This document shows, one piece after another, positions 1-13,600 of a stretch of 64,000 nucleotides of DNA. The DNA is taken from assembly GCA_026023565.1 (NCBI GenBank), contig JAPETS010000002.1, positions 124,001-188,000 of the forward strand, read 5' to 3'. Position 1 is the first letter of the stretch. Every line of letters starts with the position of its first letter. The notes under the pieces were generated by a model. That model was not told where the DNA came from. It searched no databases and saw nothing but the letters and a program-made list of their open reading frames with translations. Both the position numbers and the translations under genes were made by a program. The DNA comes from Cirrosporium novae-zelandiae. Taxonomy: Eukaryota.

Positions 1-2226
1 CCATAGTTCCTTGATCGCGCACGTGGATGATAATAAACGAGCCTATCGCATCCGCCCGCCGATGAAATCATAGATCTCTCGAGTCTTCTACTCCGTCGAG
101 ACGAAATGGAGCCTTATATACCCAGGCTATCACCTAGGGTTTTCTGATCGCCTTTACACCCAACTTCTCTTTTATGTTATCCCCTTGTAAACAATCCTAT
201 TTCGATAAGCGGAAGTTTCGAACACACCTGATTTACACACGCGGACCTGCCCCCGATCCTCCTATAGTCCTCTAACATATAGCATGTCCTGTATAACGTA
301 CCGATTCCCGAGACTCCTCCCCCGGCACTCTATTCAGAGATGATTGTGCCTGCAAATGGGTCACTTCAGAACTTAAGTTGAATGGCAGAACCAGGTAAAA
401 TGAAGACGAGTAAATTAGCAAGTAAGTTCATTAACAGTGGTCAACTGCACAGTATCCACTCCGCAGAGCAGCCCCAGAACTTCCATCATATCCAGATTTT
501 CACTTTGCGTTCTTAGTAGATTCTTTGACACAAACGAATGGACTATCAGAATCCAACAGACAAAAATATAACCGTTAGCATAAGATAGGATGAAAATGGG
601 ATAGAATGAACGATGCGCTTTGACTGGAAATGTATGGCGAAGCAGATGCATTGGGAACTATGACAGGCGCTTCATAAAGATGAGGTGATATATAACAGCT
701 ACATGATGAAACTCTTCTATCCTCTCCTTTCATCCGACGATTCTATTTATCTACGCCCCCAAACAAATACCTTCAAGGCTACCGAATATTCCTACCTTTC
801 TCTTAGGTCCCCTCTTGGCCTCGGGTATCTGGACCTCATGTTAGATTCACCTATCCTTCTCGTACCACCCATCCTTCGCTACGATATCCAAAATGTTCGT
901 CGAGGCGCAACTACTTATCCATGGAACACAACACTATACTTAGAAGTTCCGTTCAAGCCTTGGAAGGCCCCACCCACTAGCTCAGTTGTGTTCCCGTTAC
1001 AATTAATGCAACACACTGGTGACACATTTACTACTTCGTCACTATCTATCATCATTGTTATTATTCTCACTGCCATCTCGCCACGCTACGGCACCACACT
1101 TGCACCTCCTTAAGGATTTTTTTCCCAATGTATGGGCCCACCCGCACTCATGCCTGCACCCGTATCCCGTATTCTATCTACCGTGATAATATACCGGAAG
1201 TCATGACCCTCTGATTTTTAGACTAGGGCATCCTCGAGCTTCCGAAGGTGGGGGCATTAACGGTTTGAAATGTATTATCATTATTGTTTTTGTTGTTGTT
1301 ATTGCTATTTTTGTTATTATGTGTACTGTACAAATGGGAAGGAATAAAGAGGGAAGAGGGAGGTTAATAGATTATACGGAGGGATTTACTTCATTTTTTT
1401 TTTCAAGATGATAAATAGGTGAGTTATTAGGATTGCTTTTTGTTTCTTAAATGAGGTGGACTTGTTTCGTTGATTGTACCGTACATGTACATAGTAATAA
1501 CGAAGTACGATACATATACACATATACAGACACAATCATGTATGTAAATGAGTGAATAAATAAATAAATAAATAGGCGAACGAAGAAAAAGAGAAAAAAT
1601 GAAAGATATGTGCGCATCGTCAATCACCGTTTCGCTTGATTTTTCTCTCGTACTGTACTGTACCTATAATTACATCTACATATACATGATGCAAAAACGG
1701 AACAGGCATTATCCCAATCCAATCCACCAAAATCCGCTCACAATCCATACGGTTCCCTAGTCTGATTCTAGGGATTTCTTTTCTTTTTTTTTTTCCCGTC
1801 CATTTTTTTAAAAACAAAATAAATATGGGTGGGGATGGGAATGCAAGTGAGAGTGCAGGTAGTAAATGGTAAACGGCAAACCGATAATCTGATAAGTTGG
1901 TTTAAATGTTTAAATTTCATTTATACCATTCAGCTAAGCTACATATCCCTACAGGTCTAGATTCGAGAGAGAAAGGTCAGTCCTAAAAATGGGTATCCAA
2001 CGTAATTTTCACCCTAGCCTACACTTATGTAGGTGATACCATTATTTCACATTTCATATTTCACTTTTCTTTTTTGGAGTGTGGGGGAAACAGGGCTGGG
2101 ATGAGCTGGTTTGAGATAAGGTGGGAGGGGAGGTACAATATGTGAATGTGAATGTGAGGGGCCGAAGAGAATTGTGGATGGTGGATGGTGGAGGGATGGA
2201 GGGATGGAGGGATGGGGATAAGGATA

Positions 2227-2715
2227 GATATTCCGGAGAAGTGAGTAAGTGGCGGAGTGACAAAGTGATGATGGAGACAAGAAAGAGATGGGGGAGGGGA
2301 GAGGGGGAAGGTTGTTTCACTTATATATCTAGGTATCTAATTATTCTGTTCAATCTATAGTATCTACTCAGTAAGGTATCTTGATTTATTTCAACATGGA
2401 TTTTGTATAACGTATACGTATATGCCCGTATGTCTGTATGCATGCAAGGATGGAATGGATATTCCGGGAAAGTGAGTGACAAAGTTACAAAGTGAAGTTG
2501 GGGAAAGAGGGAGAGAGGGGAGAGGGGGAGGTTGTTTCATTTATCCTAGGTATCTAGGTATCTTAATTATCTATCTATTCAATCTATAGCTAGTATCTAA
2601 GGTACAGTACAACAGTATCTTGATTATTTTCGACATTGTTAATGTATGTATACGTATACGTATATGTATATGTCTGTATATGTATATGTCCGTATGTATG
2701 TCCGTATGCATGCAT
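2227..2715. repeat. Diverged tandem duplication, two copies of ~230-255 bp (about 2227-2447 and 2458-2715)
   Basis: Both copies share blocks in the same order: GATATTCCGG..AAGTGAGT, GAGTGACAAAGT, GAGGGGAGAGGGGGA(A)GGTTGTTTCA, TATCTAGGTATCT, TTCAATCTATAG, GTATCTTGATT, GTATACGTATATG..TATGTCTGTAT. Confidence 0.75.
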
Positions 2716-2842
2716 GTATGTATATGCATGTCTACCCCATACCTACCTCCCTCCTCCCTTACTATACGTACCATAGATAATAAAATAAACCCGAATAAAT
2801 AATGAATAATCAATCACAATTTCTCAATTTCCCTCTCTTTTT

Positions 2843-2886
2843 GATATTATTATTATTATTATTATTACTATTATTATTATTATTAC

Positions 2887-2917
<31 letters not shown>
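2843..2917. repeat. (TAT)n microsatellite with two TAC interruptions
   Basis: About 24 TAT units read directly from the sequence. Confidence 0.95.
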
Positions 2918-3892
2918 TGTATATATTCTACCTACCCTACCTACCCCCATCTCTCTCTCCCACATCTAGATCTAGATAGATGTCAAAATCTAAAATACAC
3001 AGATTCATCCCACCCATCTGAACACCCCTCCCCACACACACATACACATACATCAACCCCGAACCCCCAGGAACGCCCATCCGACGACGCCCGCGGGGGG
3101 GAGACCCATTTCAGAATGTGCAAGGGCCCAAGTGATCAATCCTCAAGTTTGCGGGGGTTTTGGATTTAAATTTAAAGAATTTGGGGGGGGTGAAAGTTGG
3201 GAAGGAGCCCACATGCACACAGAATAATAAATGTGCGCATGTATATGTGATATGTGTATATGTGTAAGTGTGTTGGGTGTTTGCAATCTCTCTCAATTTA
3301 ATTTTTTGGGGTGTATTTAAGTATATATAATAATGATTTTTTTTTTTTTAATTTTATATATCATTCATTCATTATTTTTTATAAAGTAATGACGGTGGAT
3401 TCAGAAAGAAGAAGAAAAAAAATAATCTAAAAAGAGAGAAATTTTCCTAGTCTAATTAGTTCGTTTGGGCAAGGGTAATCAAGTTAATTAGGTTAAAAAA
3501 GCAACGAACGATAACTCTAAATATTAATTATTCCTTTTCTCCATGTTTTTTTTTTTATATTTTCCTACGTACATTATTCTAATTATTATAACCACCATCC
3601 CTTATCCCCTATCCAGTTTTATCCTATTTATTCACATCTAATTATTGAAAAATTATATATACCACCACCCTTGCTTATGATTTTATAATTTCAATTTAAG
3701 TAATAGTCGTACTCGAGTAATTGAATAAAACTCGGCCTTTTTCGTTGTGTTCGGGGAAGGGAAAGAGAAAGAAAAATGATGGATGGGTGTTGTTGCAAAA
3801 AGAGCACTAAAGCAAATAAAGAAAGGTAAAGGTTGATTATACTTTTTTGTGGCTTTTTTTGTGTGTGTGCATGTGCAAGGTCGGACCCTTTT

Positions 3893-3947
3893 GGGATTGG
3901 GGATTAGGGATTAGGGATTGGGGATTGGGGATTGGGGTTGGGGTTGG
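3893..3947 (+). repeat. G-rich 7-mer array (GGGATTR)6 decaying into (GGGTTG)n; G-quadruplex-capable
   Basis: GGGATTG GGGATTA GGGATTA GGGATTG GGGATTG GGGATTG GGGTTG GGGTTG G; eight G3-4 tracts with 2-4 nt loops. Confidence 0.9.
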
Positions 3948-6900
3948 ATTTGCGCTGGGGTGTGTGTGGAAATGGAAATGGAAATGGGGGGAGAAGGAAG
4001 AGAAGCAGGTGGCATAGGAAGAACATACTGAGGAGAAGATCAAGTATTTTAATTACTAGACTATGGTTCCTGTAATTATCCCATCCCATCTGATCTATCT
4101 GGTCTGTGATCTATGATTTTTTTTGAAAGGATCTACAGTGTAGTATCTATCTAATCCACTAATCACTTCTTGTTGTTAGTGAAATGGGTTTAATCAAAGC
4201 CTAAAACACTGAATCCAAATCATTCGCGTCATTATTAGGCATTATTTTACACCATGTTTCCAACCAAAAAAAAAGGGTAATACGTTTTGTTGGGTGGTGT
4301 CAAGATACCCTTTTTTTCTCGTAGGATCCATCAATTTAATGGCGGATGATCTCCCATAAGCCACGGGGGTTTTGCAAGGTTTACAAAGTCTACCGTTTGT
4401 TTCTACTTAGTACTATGTTGAGTGTAATATTTTCCGGGGGTAAGAGTTGATATCCGTTATTAGTAGAAGTTGAAGGATGAGTGTGTGCCTCGTGACTTAC
4501 CAAATTCGAAATGTTCATCGAGGAAGAGTTTTGAGAAGTAGCGAATGAAAAGGACAGGGGAAGGATTTTAAAATAGCGGAACTGTAAAAAGTTTCTGGTA
4601 GTTTTGGAATGATATACGGGTGTGGAAGGACATTAAGCTATATATTCCGGTTAAAAAATGCGCTTGTGACTTATGATTGTGAGTCGAAAAATGAAGGGCA
4701 AATATCGAGGACTACTAGCTCACTACTCGTTCTGGCTCCCAAGTGCGCAGAGATAACTATCATGACGTGCAACTAACAAAAAGGGAAACAAGTCAACCAC
4801 GGATCTGCAGAGATGATTTTCAAGATGTGCAGCCAAGATCAATAACTAAACCGAGCTTATCGGCCTTCTGTATTACTTTGTTTGGGTATAGGGGTACGTG
4901 TCCGTATTGTAGGGTGGTGAGGGATATTCCAAAATACAACTGACCAAAAGATCGGTTCAGGGTAGGGCTGCTGTAATACCGAGTCTGAAGTTTTAAACTT
5001 AGTCTACCACCCTGTTGGGTTGTTTAGCTTCGATGCTATAGACGTAGAGATGTGCGTAAAAGATTATAACGGAAGGAAGCGGAAGAAGAGAGTAGTATAG
5101 GTGGCACAGTGATGTGAATAGGCATTCCCAAACAAAAAGACGATCGTCGCACTATTGCCACTGCTAGTGTTGTAGTAAGGCGAAGAACGTGTTAAATCAT
5201 GGTGCTAGATTAGACGTAGTGCCTTTTGGGGTCTCGTGAAATACGAAATAATACATGGCCGATATCGAAAATCAACATGAAGCTATTGTTCTTTTGGTCT
5301 TCCCCTATCTTAAATGTAGATATATCCATCCCAATCTACTAGACGTACCAATAGAAGGGGTTTGGAATGGTGATAACGATAGTACAACCCCCATAAAAAT
5401 ACCCAATGAAAGAGAGCTTTGTGGCTTCGTCACCGTGAAAGATATGATAATGGGAATCGTCAAGATAGTATGCATTTAGAGAACATACCTTTTTAGGTTG
5501 TGTGATATATAAGATATGTAGCTAGAGAGATAATTAAACTAAGGTTATCGGTATTCCGGATTCAATAGTTTCGTGAATGTGGAGATACAAACATATACTA
5601 GATAGGATGGCGACTTCTCGTTGTTCTTGCAAGTGAAATGGGTATCCCGATCCTACTTTACTAATCCCTTGGATCATTGGTTTTGCATATATGACCAGAT
5701 TATAAAGTTGTATCTTGTAGAACTTGCAGCTATTCCTGAAGGCCATGGAGATGAATTGAAGGGGGGCATCTCGACTCTTTTCATAAAATAAAAGGGGTTA
5801 GTCTCGAGTTGAGTTTACCGTTCCCCTGGGCCCTGAAAATATAAAGAGAAGTGGTTGAGAGGGAGAGAAAAGGCATGCCGAACGAGACAATAGATCCATG
5901 ATTGCATGCGATAATCCTATCGGGCCTAATATGAGGTTTAGGATACTGTAGACCAATCAAGTTCTCTCTTGTATTTTCCTTTCATGGACATACAGATGTT
6001 CGATTTGGGGAGTTACGAGTCTGAACGACAGGTTAGCAACTCCAAGACCTACCGAATCGTAGAAGGTTTCGGGCCGTTAACAGGAGTGACATTCAGATCT
6101 TATTACGCGGCTCAGATCGATCGCTGACTATCCCCCTAATGTTTCATCAAGAATGCAGAGTGGCACCGACGAGTGTAGACCATAACCAAGACGCCGCGAG
6201 GCTGAATTAAGAATTGGAGCACGTAAATTCTTCAGTGTGGAGGGAGACTCTAGCTCATGGTGTAGTATAGACCCAGTTATTAATCGTATACAACAAAAAT
6301 CCATATTAGTTATCGATAACTGTAACCATGGCTTCGCACTAAAGTCTCTGGTTAAGTCATAAAGAGCTAACAGCCAGCATGAAATAGTCGCAGTCTCACT
6401 GTGATACGTCGGTTGATAGGGCCCGATTTCCTTCATCCCTCCACGAAAGTTGGCAAACGTAAATTCGGGAATAAGGACGAGAAAAGACTTTTCAAGACCT
6501 GGGGGGAGTAGACGCTATTCGCCATGGTAGCGAGGGCGCATTGGTACATAGGTAGATAGTTAATTCATTATTATCCTATTCGCCTTATTTGTAAGTGGGG
6601 GATTAGAGACGGAGACCGATAACGATGGCCAGGGGTTTAGATGACCAAAAGCGTAAAACCCACCAAGTTATGAAAACGAATTAGATAAGTACTTGACGCA
6701 CCTTGACTTGACTGATTCCCGATGAGCTGGAATCATCGCTCGCCCATTCCCCTGTTCCTTCCATTTGTGGATTAAAACATTTATGTCGGCATACGTTAGG
6801 CATTGGTGATTCATTTTATTGTCCCAATGTCGCCTTCATAGGCATCAATCAAGCATAAAAAAGAACAAAATGATTTAGGTTGGTCATAAGCAAGAATAAT

Positions 6901-9900
6901 GAATCCCGGCGGTCAAGATATAGCTGCTATCATCTTTCGGACGTACAACCGAAACATGTTACACAAACCGTTCTCGAGATCTGTTTCATGTGTTAGGGAG
7001 ATGCTGATAGTGGTGGAAATAAAGTAATAATGATAGCAGGTACAAAAACATGCCAAGTTATTATAGAGGAAAATATAGGCCAAGGAAAGGTGGTTAAAGT
7101 CACTTTTTAAGAACACTGTCTAGACCATGGCCATAAGACATCTCTCTTGGTCCTTCCATTCCCGGAAGTAGGTCGATATTAGAGATTGTGTATTGATTGA
7201 TCGACAAATGACAAACTGTGGCCATTGTCTCTTATTCTCGGCACCTTACAATTGCAGCTTATAGTTTTCAAACAGAGAAAAAAAAACGAAAGAAAAACGC
7301 ATGGGAGAGAGGAACGTGGAAAAACGGATGCAATGAGTACATTGGATATCGGTTGGGCTATGGACATGTTTTCGAATTTGCATTTGATGTTGACCGTTCA
7401 AAAGATGTACGGGTGTTTCATCTGGCCAACTGGCTGGCTGACAGAAAAGCCACAGCAAGTAGACTGGGTCATTCAATTTGATGAGAGATGAATAATTAGT
7501 GCAATCCCAACTGTGGAATGACAATGGTCTCACGGGAAGTTTAGAAAAAATATGGTACCCGACAGGCATCAGGTGAACCGAGCCACGGAGGTGAAGGAAG
7601 ATAAGTGATGAATGATGATGGGGAGCGGGTGCTGAGTGAGAATGCCAAAGTATCCAGGTACCTGGGGACTTGGTGGGAAATGGTAAAATACAGTAAGGGC
7701 CGGACGGTAAGACACAGATAGATAATTACCTGTAATGTAAAAAGCTGGTAAAGTTAAAAGTCAGCAGGCACCAAGACCAAGGTAATTGTCATTTTTCCTT
7801 GGTGGGTTGGGAAGTGCTAGATGTGTAAGAAATGTGTAATAAGATTTATTACAATTCATTTACCTTGATTACCTCGATTACCCCTCAAACTTCCTTCCTC
7901 CTCTCTCCCTCCGATTCCTAAATGCCTCCAAAGGCGTTTTTTACTTTTTAGTCGTGCAGTAAAATTACTCCACTGAATAGCACCGAAATTCACCCTAAAA
8001 AGCGGGATTCGCTAACTATCTCCAGAAGTCGTTAGCCGTCACCCCTTCTTACCAAGATTCTAGCCAAGTTCTAGATTTAGATAAATCATGTCTTTCAAAG
8101 CCTTCCTTGCTCCTCCCTCATCCTCTACCTTTGAAAAATCTTCTTTCTACTTTTACACCTTCCAACTATTCTGCCTCATGCTTTTATGGCTTCCAGATGG
8201 CTCGGGCGTAAGCGAAAATGGCTTGCATTGAATCTTACCTCCACGGAAACTTCCTCCCCTGACTTTGAAATCCCATTGCGGTTGACTGCTTCGACAATCC
8301 TTCCCAGCAATCTCAGTTAACCTCTGACGCCTCTCTTCTTATTTTACCCGCCCGATTGGAAGGGGAATCTCCCCTGATGGAGACAGATAGCCGTGCCCTG
8401 GTCGCTCGGACTGGTAGATAAAGCCATCATGTCTACCATCATCGTATTCCTTTAAGGCTCTCCACTCTACACGATAGAGGTCTCGATGGGCCTAGGATAA
8501 GCGAGTCATTCCGAATTAGTAAATCTGCCTGTGCTCGTGCTCAATGAACCAAATAAGCCTCACATGGCTCCGCTCGAGAAAAACTGGATTTAATGTTAGT
8601 GTGGTTGTTAACGGTTTTTGATGCAGACGGAAAACCAGTAAACGTTGCCTTTGGACAAAAACTAAGGTAGGCCGGTAATGTAGCGCTTTCCCCTGATGTC
8701 AGATCGGGTCCTAAAAAAAATCCGCGGGTCACCGTGGTCACCGGTGGTGCTGTCTGTCAGTCAGACAATACCTCCTCGATACGGCTGGGTGAGTCCATGG
8801 CGTCGGTGATGGCGCAGTTCAAGCAACGGCAGTACTTGATCACAGTTGTACTATGTAAACATGGCCAACAAATCAGGATACCAATATTGCCGAATTTTAT
8901 AGCAATTAGCTACGATTCAGGTCCCTCCAACCATTTTAGTTTAAGCCTTTGGAATTTTCCGTTCCGTCCAGTTGTACTCGAGTAGTTGATGTAGTTTGTA
9001 GCTTTTAGTCCAAGTCAATGGCTCAGGCCAAGGGACTCCCCAGCTAAGCCAGTCGGTGGTTATGCATATAGCCAACCGAGAATGATTAAGACAACACTGT
9101 CTGTGTACACAATGATGCGGCGCCGCATGCAAAAGAGGTCCCAGTCCGTATGACCGACAATCGTGTGAAGCATAACATCGCTCTATCGGACTGTGGTTAA
9201 GTTCGGGCCTTGGGACGTTCCCAGCCCAACTTGCTCCCCCATCCACGGCTTTTTTGGCGCCGGCCTTATGTTGTGATTTTAAGATGTAGCATCCGTGGGC
9301 GGCAATCTTGCATCTTTTTCAACGGTTGGGTGGACCCTTCCAAGGGACCAAAAAGCGGAACGATGATTGACCGGACGTTCGGATGAAAAGACTTTTATGA
9401 ATCGATTGGAAAAGAGCCAAGAGAGGAGCCAGTTACAATAGCCCCTGCTCCTTACTTTTTTATTCAAGTCAGCTTTCTAAGCGTTGGTGAGTAAGAAAGA
9501 ATAATAATTGAGTGTGTTCGGCTCTGAAAATCCTCGACTGAAGAGGAAGGGAGGCGTTGCCATTTCCAGGAGGGACGGCAAGGACGGTCATGTCCATGAA
9601 CTCAAAGCCCAATGTAGATTTCCAAAGACAGCCAGTATCAGCCACATCTTTAACAAAAGAGAATAGAAGTAAAATAATCTATCCCAAAATGTCATTTTAA
9701 TCTTCATCCTCACCGCTCATCATCTGCCCTGTGGGTTTCTCCCATTCGAAACTGGTTCCCAAACAAGAAAACAAGCGAAGAATTAAGATGCTCACCCGTG
9801 GACCATCCACAACTGAACAGGTGGTGGACAATGATACTACGCCCTTTCAAGTATGCGTACGTCATTATCAAAAACCTCTCCCTTAGGACGCGCAATAAGA

Positions 9901-10539
9901 CATCCATTCATCCATCCATCAACTCGTCTATTGATTGGATCTAATATCCACATCATCATTGTCAAATCAACTTGAACGCTGATCGAGCCCTACTTTTCGA
10001 GCCCAATCTCTAGAATAGTCAGAGTACGCGCGGTTGATCTCTGTGTCAATCCTTCATTTACAATCCAGATGATGGAAATCATGAGAATCATTGGAATCAT
10101 AAGAATCCTGCTGCAGATCGCAACCGCAACCAAATGACTTCCGGAAGGATTTACATAAAGTGAATCTGGAAACGTCAAGCTATATCGCTCCTTTATCTCA
10201 TGGCTGAAGGACAGGCATAACATCTAATATCTTATAACTCCCCGCTTCAACCGAAATATCCAAGGTTTTTATAAAAATCTCAAACGTTTTGGTATTTTTC
10301 CAATCCTGATGTACCACGCCCCTGCCTGCTCATTCATCTCAAACATCTTTAACAGTTAGTTCAAGATTTGCCGATCATGTAGATCTTATGGTCAAGTAAA
10401 ATGTACTATGGCATATCGCAGTCGGATAGAATGTAGACGAACTTCCTGACGCTGGTTGCTGGCATTTGACCTCGGCATGAAACATGGCAAGGTAAGAAAT
10501 ACCGATTGCAACACATTGCAGTAACTCATACTGCAATAG

Positions 10540-10600
10540 CCTGTAAACCTGCAAACCTGCAAACCTGCAAACCTGCAAACCTGCAAACCTGCAAACCTGT
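10540..10600. repeat. (CCTGCAAA)n 8-mer tandem repeat, about 7.5 units
   Basis: Read directly; it generates the FAGLQVCR repeats in two spurious ORFs of the track. Confidence 0.95.
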
Positions 10601-13600
10601 CGACACAGACCCCTCGTTCGCAAGATGTCTGCAATGAATCTCAATCATCTGCAAGTGCCATCATCTATTTAATTGTGCCAAATTAGGGAGGCCACATGTT
10701 AGGAGCCGATGAAAGAGATGAAGAATTGACAAGGAAAACCTTTCTTGTCTCTGCCTTCTTCCAGTATGCCGGGTCTCCACTCAAAGCGATCTCAGATCCT
10801 AGCGTGCCATCTAAACTGATTTAAAAATTTCCCTAGTTTCTGTTTCAATTATTAGCCGTAATTTAATCTACCATTAACATTATGCCCCTTCCCCCTTCTT
10901 CAATACAGCCATGAATCTTGAAAACAAAAAAAAAATTCAATAATTTACTTTTTGACAAATCAAATTGTGCCATTCGACTTCCAGAAAAGATTTTCTTCCA
11001 AATGAGTAACCCAAAACCCTGGTAGCCAAACCTTAGTATTCATCATTTGCGTAGGTAGGTGTGGAGTAGATCCTGATAACAATCCATCTCAATATGAGCA
11101 AGTATCAATTTCGTCTGCACTGCAAGTATTGAGTGTGCGTATTTCACCAACATAGGTCTTCACGTCCTTACGGGTGTTCCGCCTTGAAACCTAAAATAAC
11201 TTGGGTGACAATGCTTATTCATTGCTCCTTCGAATGCAGCAGGCCTCTTGTGCAGCCACAATCCGCCATGTACACCAGCATCTAACCACCAGTTGACAAT
11301 GGATTCCCAGACCAAGTCCCCAAACATAGCAGAGGTTACAATGAGCCAATCCAAATAGTAAATTGAACCTTGGATATTCAGTCAAACGATCCGAAAGATA
11401 CGGTAGGGATCCGTAACCTGGATGATCTACTAATCTCAGATCCACGGCACTTGTCGGCTTTTTTAAGGGATGGGGGTCGATCGAAGGGATCATGGACTCT
11501 GGAGATTTTTTATTCAACCCAATTGAAACACACCAAGGGCCTCAAGTCGAGATTCTAATTCCTTGTGGTGTATCGGCTGTACCTAAACATTTCTTTCCTA
11601 GATTGCCGACAAATTTTTTAAGATGGAACAAGGGGGTAGTTTCATGAACGGATCTGGAGGATAGCTGAACGTTTCAGATGCTCTCTCGTGGTGACCTGAG
11701 ATCAACAACCTGCTTGTTGTGCATAAACCTCCTGCTTCTAGAATCTTTGTTCAGAGTTTGCAAGTCAAGGCTACTCCATAAGATCTAGAAGTATTATTTC
11801 TCAAGGGACTTTATCGGCTTTGGAGTTCCGTGTCCAGATTTATCAATCATTGCCTTTGTCCAATCAGCCAGCCTGCATAAGTCCCCGAATTATAAGCTGA
11901 AATATGATGTGACATGTCAGGAAACCCCTGGTTAGTTCACTATCCACCAGGGGCGTTGGATGAGCAGTATTGGCGGCATGTGGTAATCAGCTACAGTGAA
12001 CTTGAACCGTAAACCAATTTGGATGTCGCGGGGAGCACGTGGCTGGCCGCTCGTCAAGATTTTTGTCTTCTGACTTTGGACTAACCCAGCGTCAACACGT
12101 TCGTCGGATTCTATGGCTTCAATTATCGTTCCTGCCGCCCTTGTTATTTATTTAGTCAAAATGCTTATGCTTCCTGCATTGCGGAGACTCTTTTTACCAG
12201 AAGGGGTAATATTGTAAAGGGAAATTTTATATCCAAGTATCTCTATGCAGGGTTGCGTTTTGGCTTCAGCCCAGAGGCCAAGCTACGAACGGCCTCAGCA
12301 GAAATGTGCGCCTGGGGACACGGAACAAGGCATATTTAAAACAGACCGACTGAATGCCTTCTTCTTGGTTAGACCAATACCTCTCTCCATGATAGAAAAA
12401 GATTCGTCGACGTCGTCGGTTGTAGGTGTGTGGCAAGGTAGCCTTGGGGGAATAGCTTACTTAGCTAGGTAAGCGGCCGAAAGTTCGATCGCCTCGAACG
12501 ATCCCTTCCCGACAATTTGCCGATCACCTATCGAATATCTCTCTTCATGTTAGTTACACATACATCATTAGATGGAGATTTTTTATCCCGTAAATTTAGT
12601 CTAATAACAGAGAAAGTGGCTTTTGCTCTCTCGTTGGTCAAAATAAGTTTGATGGTTTGAAGCTCTGAGCCTCGTGGAGAATTTCGTGCGCGAAGCCATC
12701 AAAGTTATCAGCCGGCTGGGCTTCCTCGGCTGAAGTCGGACGGATACTTGAGATGAAGCTGATGCAAAGGCCAGCTTTAGGCCTGTAGACTGTTGATAAT
12801 GGCTGCTTCGACAGTTCGTCGCTGGATATCCTTGAACCAACTCCTTTCTTTGGCTTCGAGTATCCAATCCGTTGAAAAGGTAAAGACCCTTCACCAAGAA
12901 TCGGGGATCAACCGATGCGCATACGGGTATGCGTCCTGCAGCCGGGTCACTCTTGTCTCAAAATCGGCGATACCCAGCGATCTGAACCTGTCTCGTATTT
13001 GGTGTTGCCATCCGACCTCGTAATTAATAACCACCAGATTAGCGACGGTGTGAAAATGGCCAGTACGAAATACAATTATCATGGATGATTCTCAAGGAAT
13101 AAAGGAACAATCCACGATCCAACATGGGTCACGGCAGCGGGCAGATCATCAAGTAAAGAAGAACGGAGCATCCCGCAGAGATGGTGCCAGTGTTGGGAAG
13201 GTATCCAGTACATGGTTGTTGATAATTACATACATGGACATCCCTGAAAAACCTTCAGCGCAATTATCTAAAGAATTGGTGTTCAAGGGCTGCAAATAGC
13301 CTGTGCCTACCCTGACAGGGTCACCGCAGAATACCCGCGCCTGGGATAGAAACCGAAATTTCAATATCTCGACCCTGAAGTCAGCTGGTCAAGGGTCCCT
13401 GATTTGATTGATCTGGATGAGATAAAGACGGTGAGAGTTGGAGTGCAAAAAATAGTAGTATAATGGCTGCTCGTGGATTTTTAAAGGCAACACAGCACAC
13501 ACAACACACATGCACACATACACATACACTGCACACTGTACACCTTGGTGACTTGAGACAACATACGCGAGCTTGGGGTTGTGCAACCTGATCTCAACCA

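Noticed and set aside
685..1113. 142-aa ORF near the window start
   Set aside because: No recognisable domain or TE motif, no supporting splice structure.
4137..4148. AGTGTAGTATCT matching the U2 snRNA branch-recognition region
   Set aside because: Only 12 nt match; the flanking U2 stem I and Sm site are absent.
4747..4838. Two ~30-bp similar segments (GCAGAGATRA...GTGCARCYAA) about 60 bp apart
   Set aside because: Only two degenerate copies; most simply a small local duplication with no further structure.
6251..6330. A-box-like TGGTGTAGTA suggesting a tRNA
   Set aside because: No B-box (GTTCGANTC) or cloverleaf pairing downstream.
10375..10644. ORFs with FAGLQVCR repeats
   Set aside because: Translation artefact of the CCTGCAAA tandem repeat.
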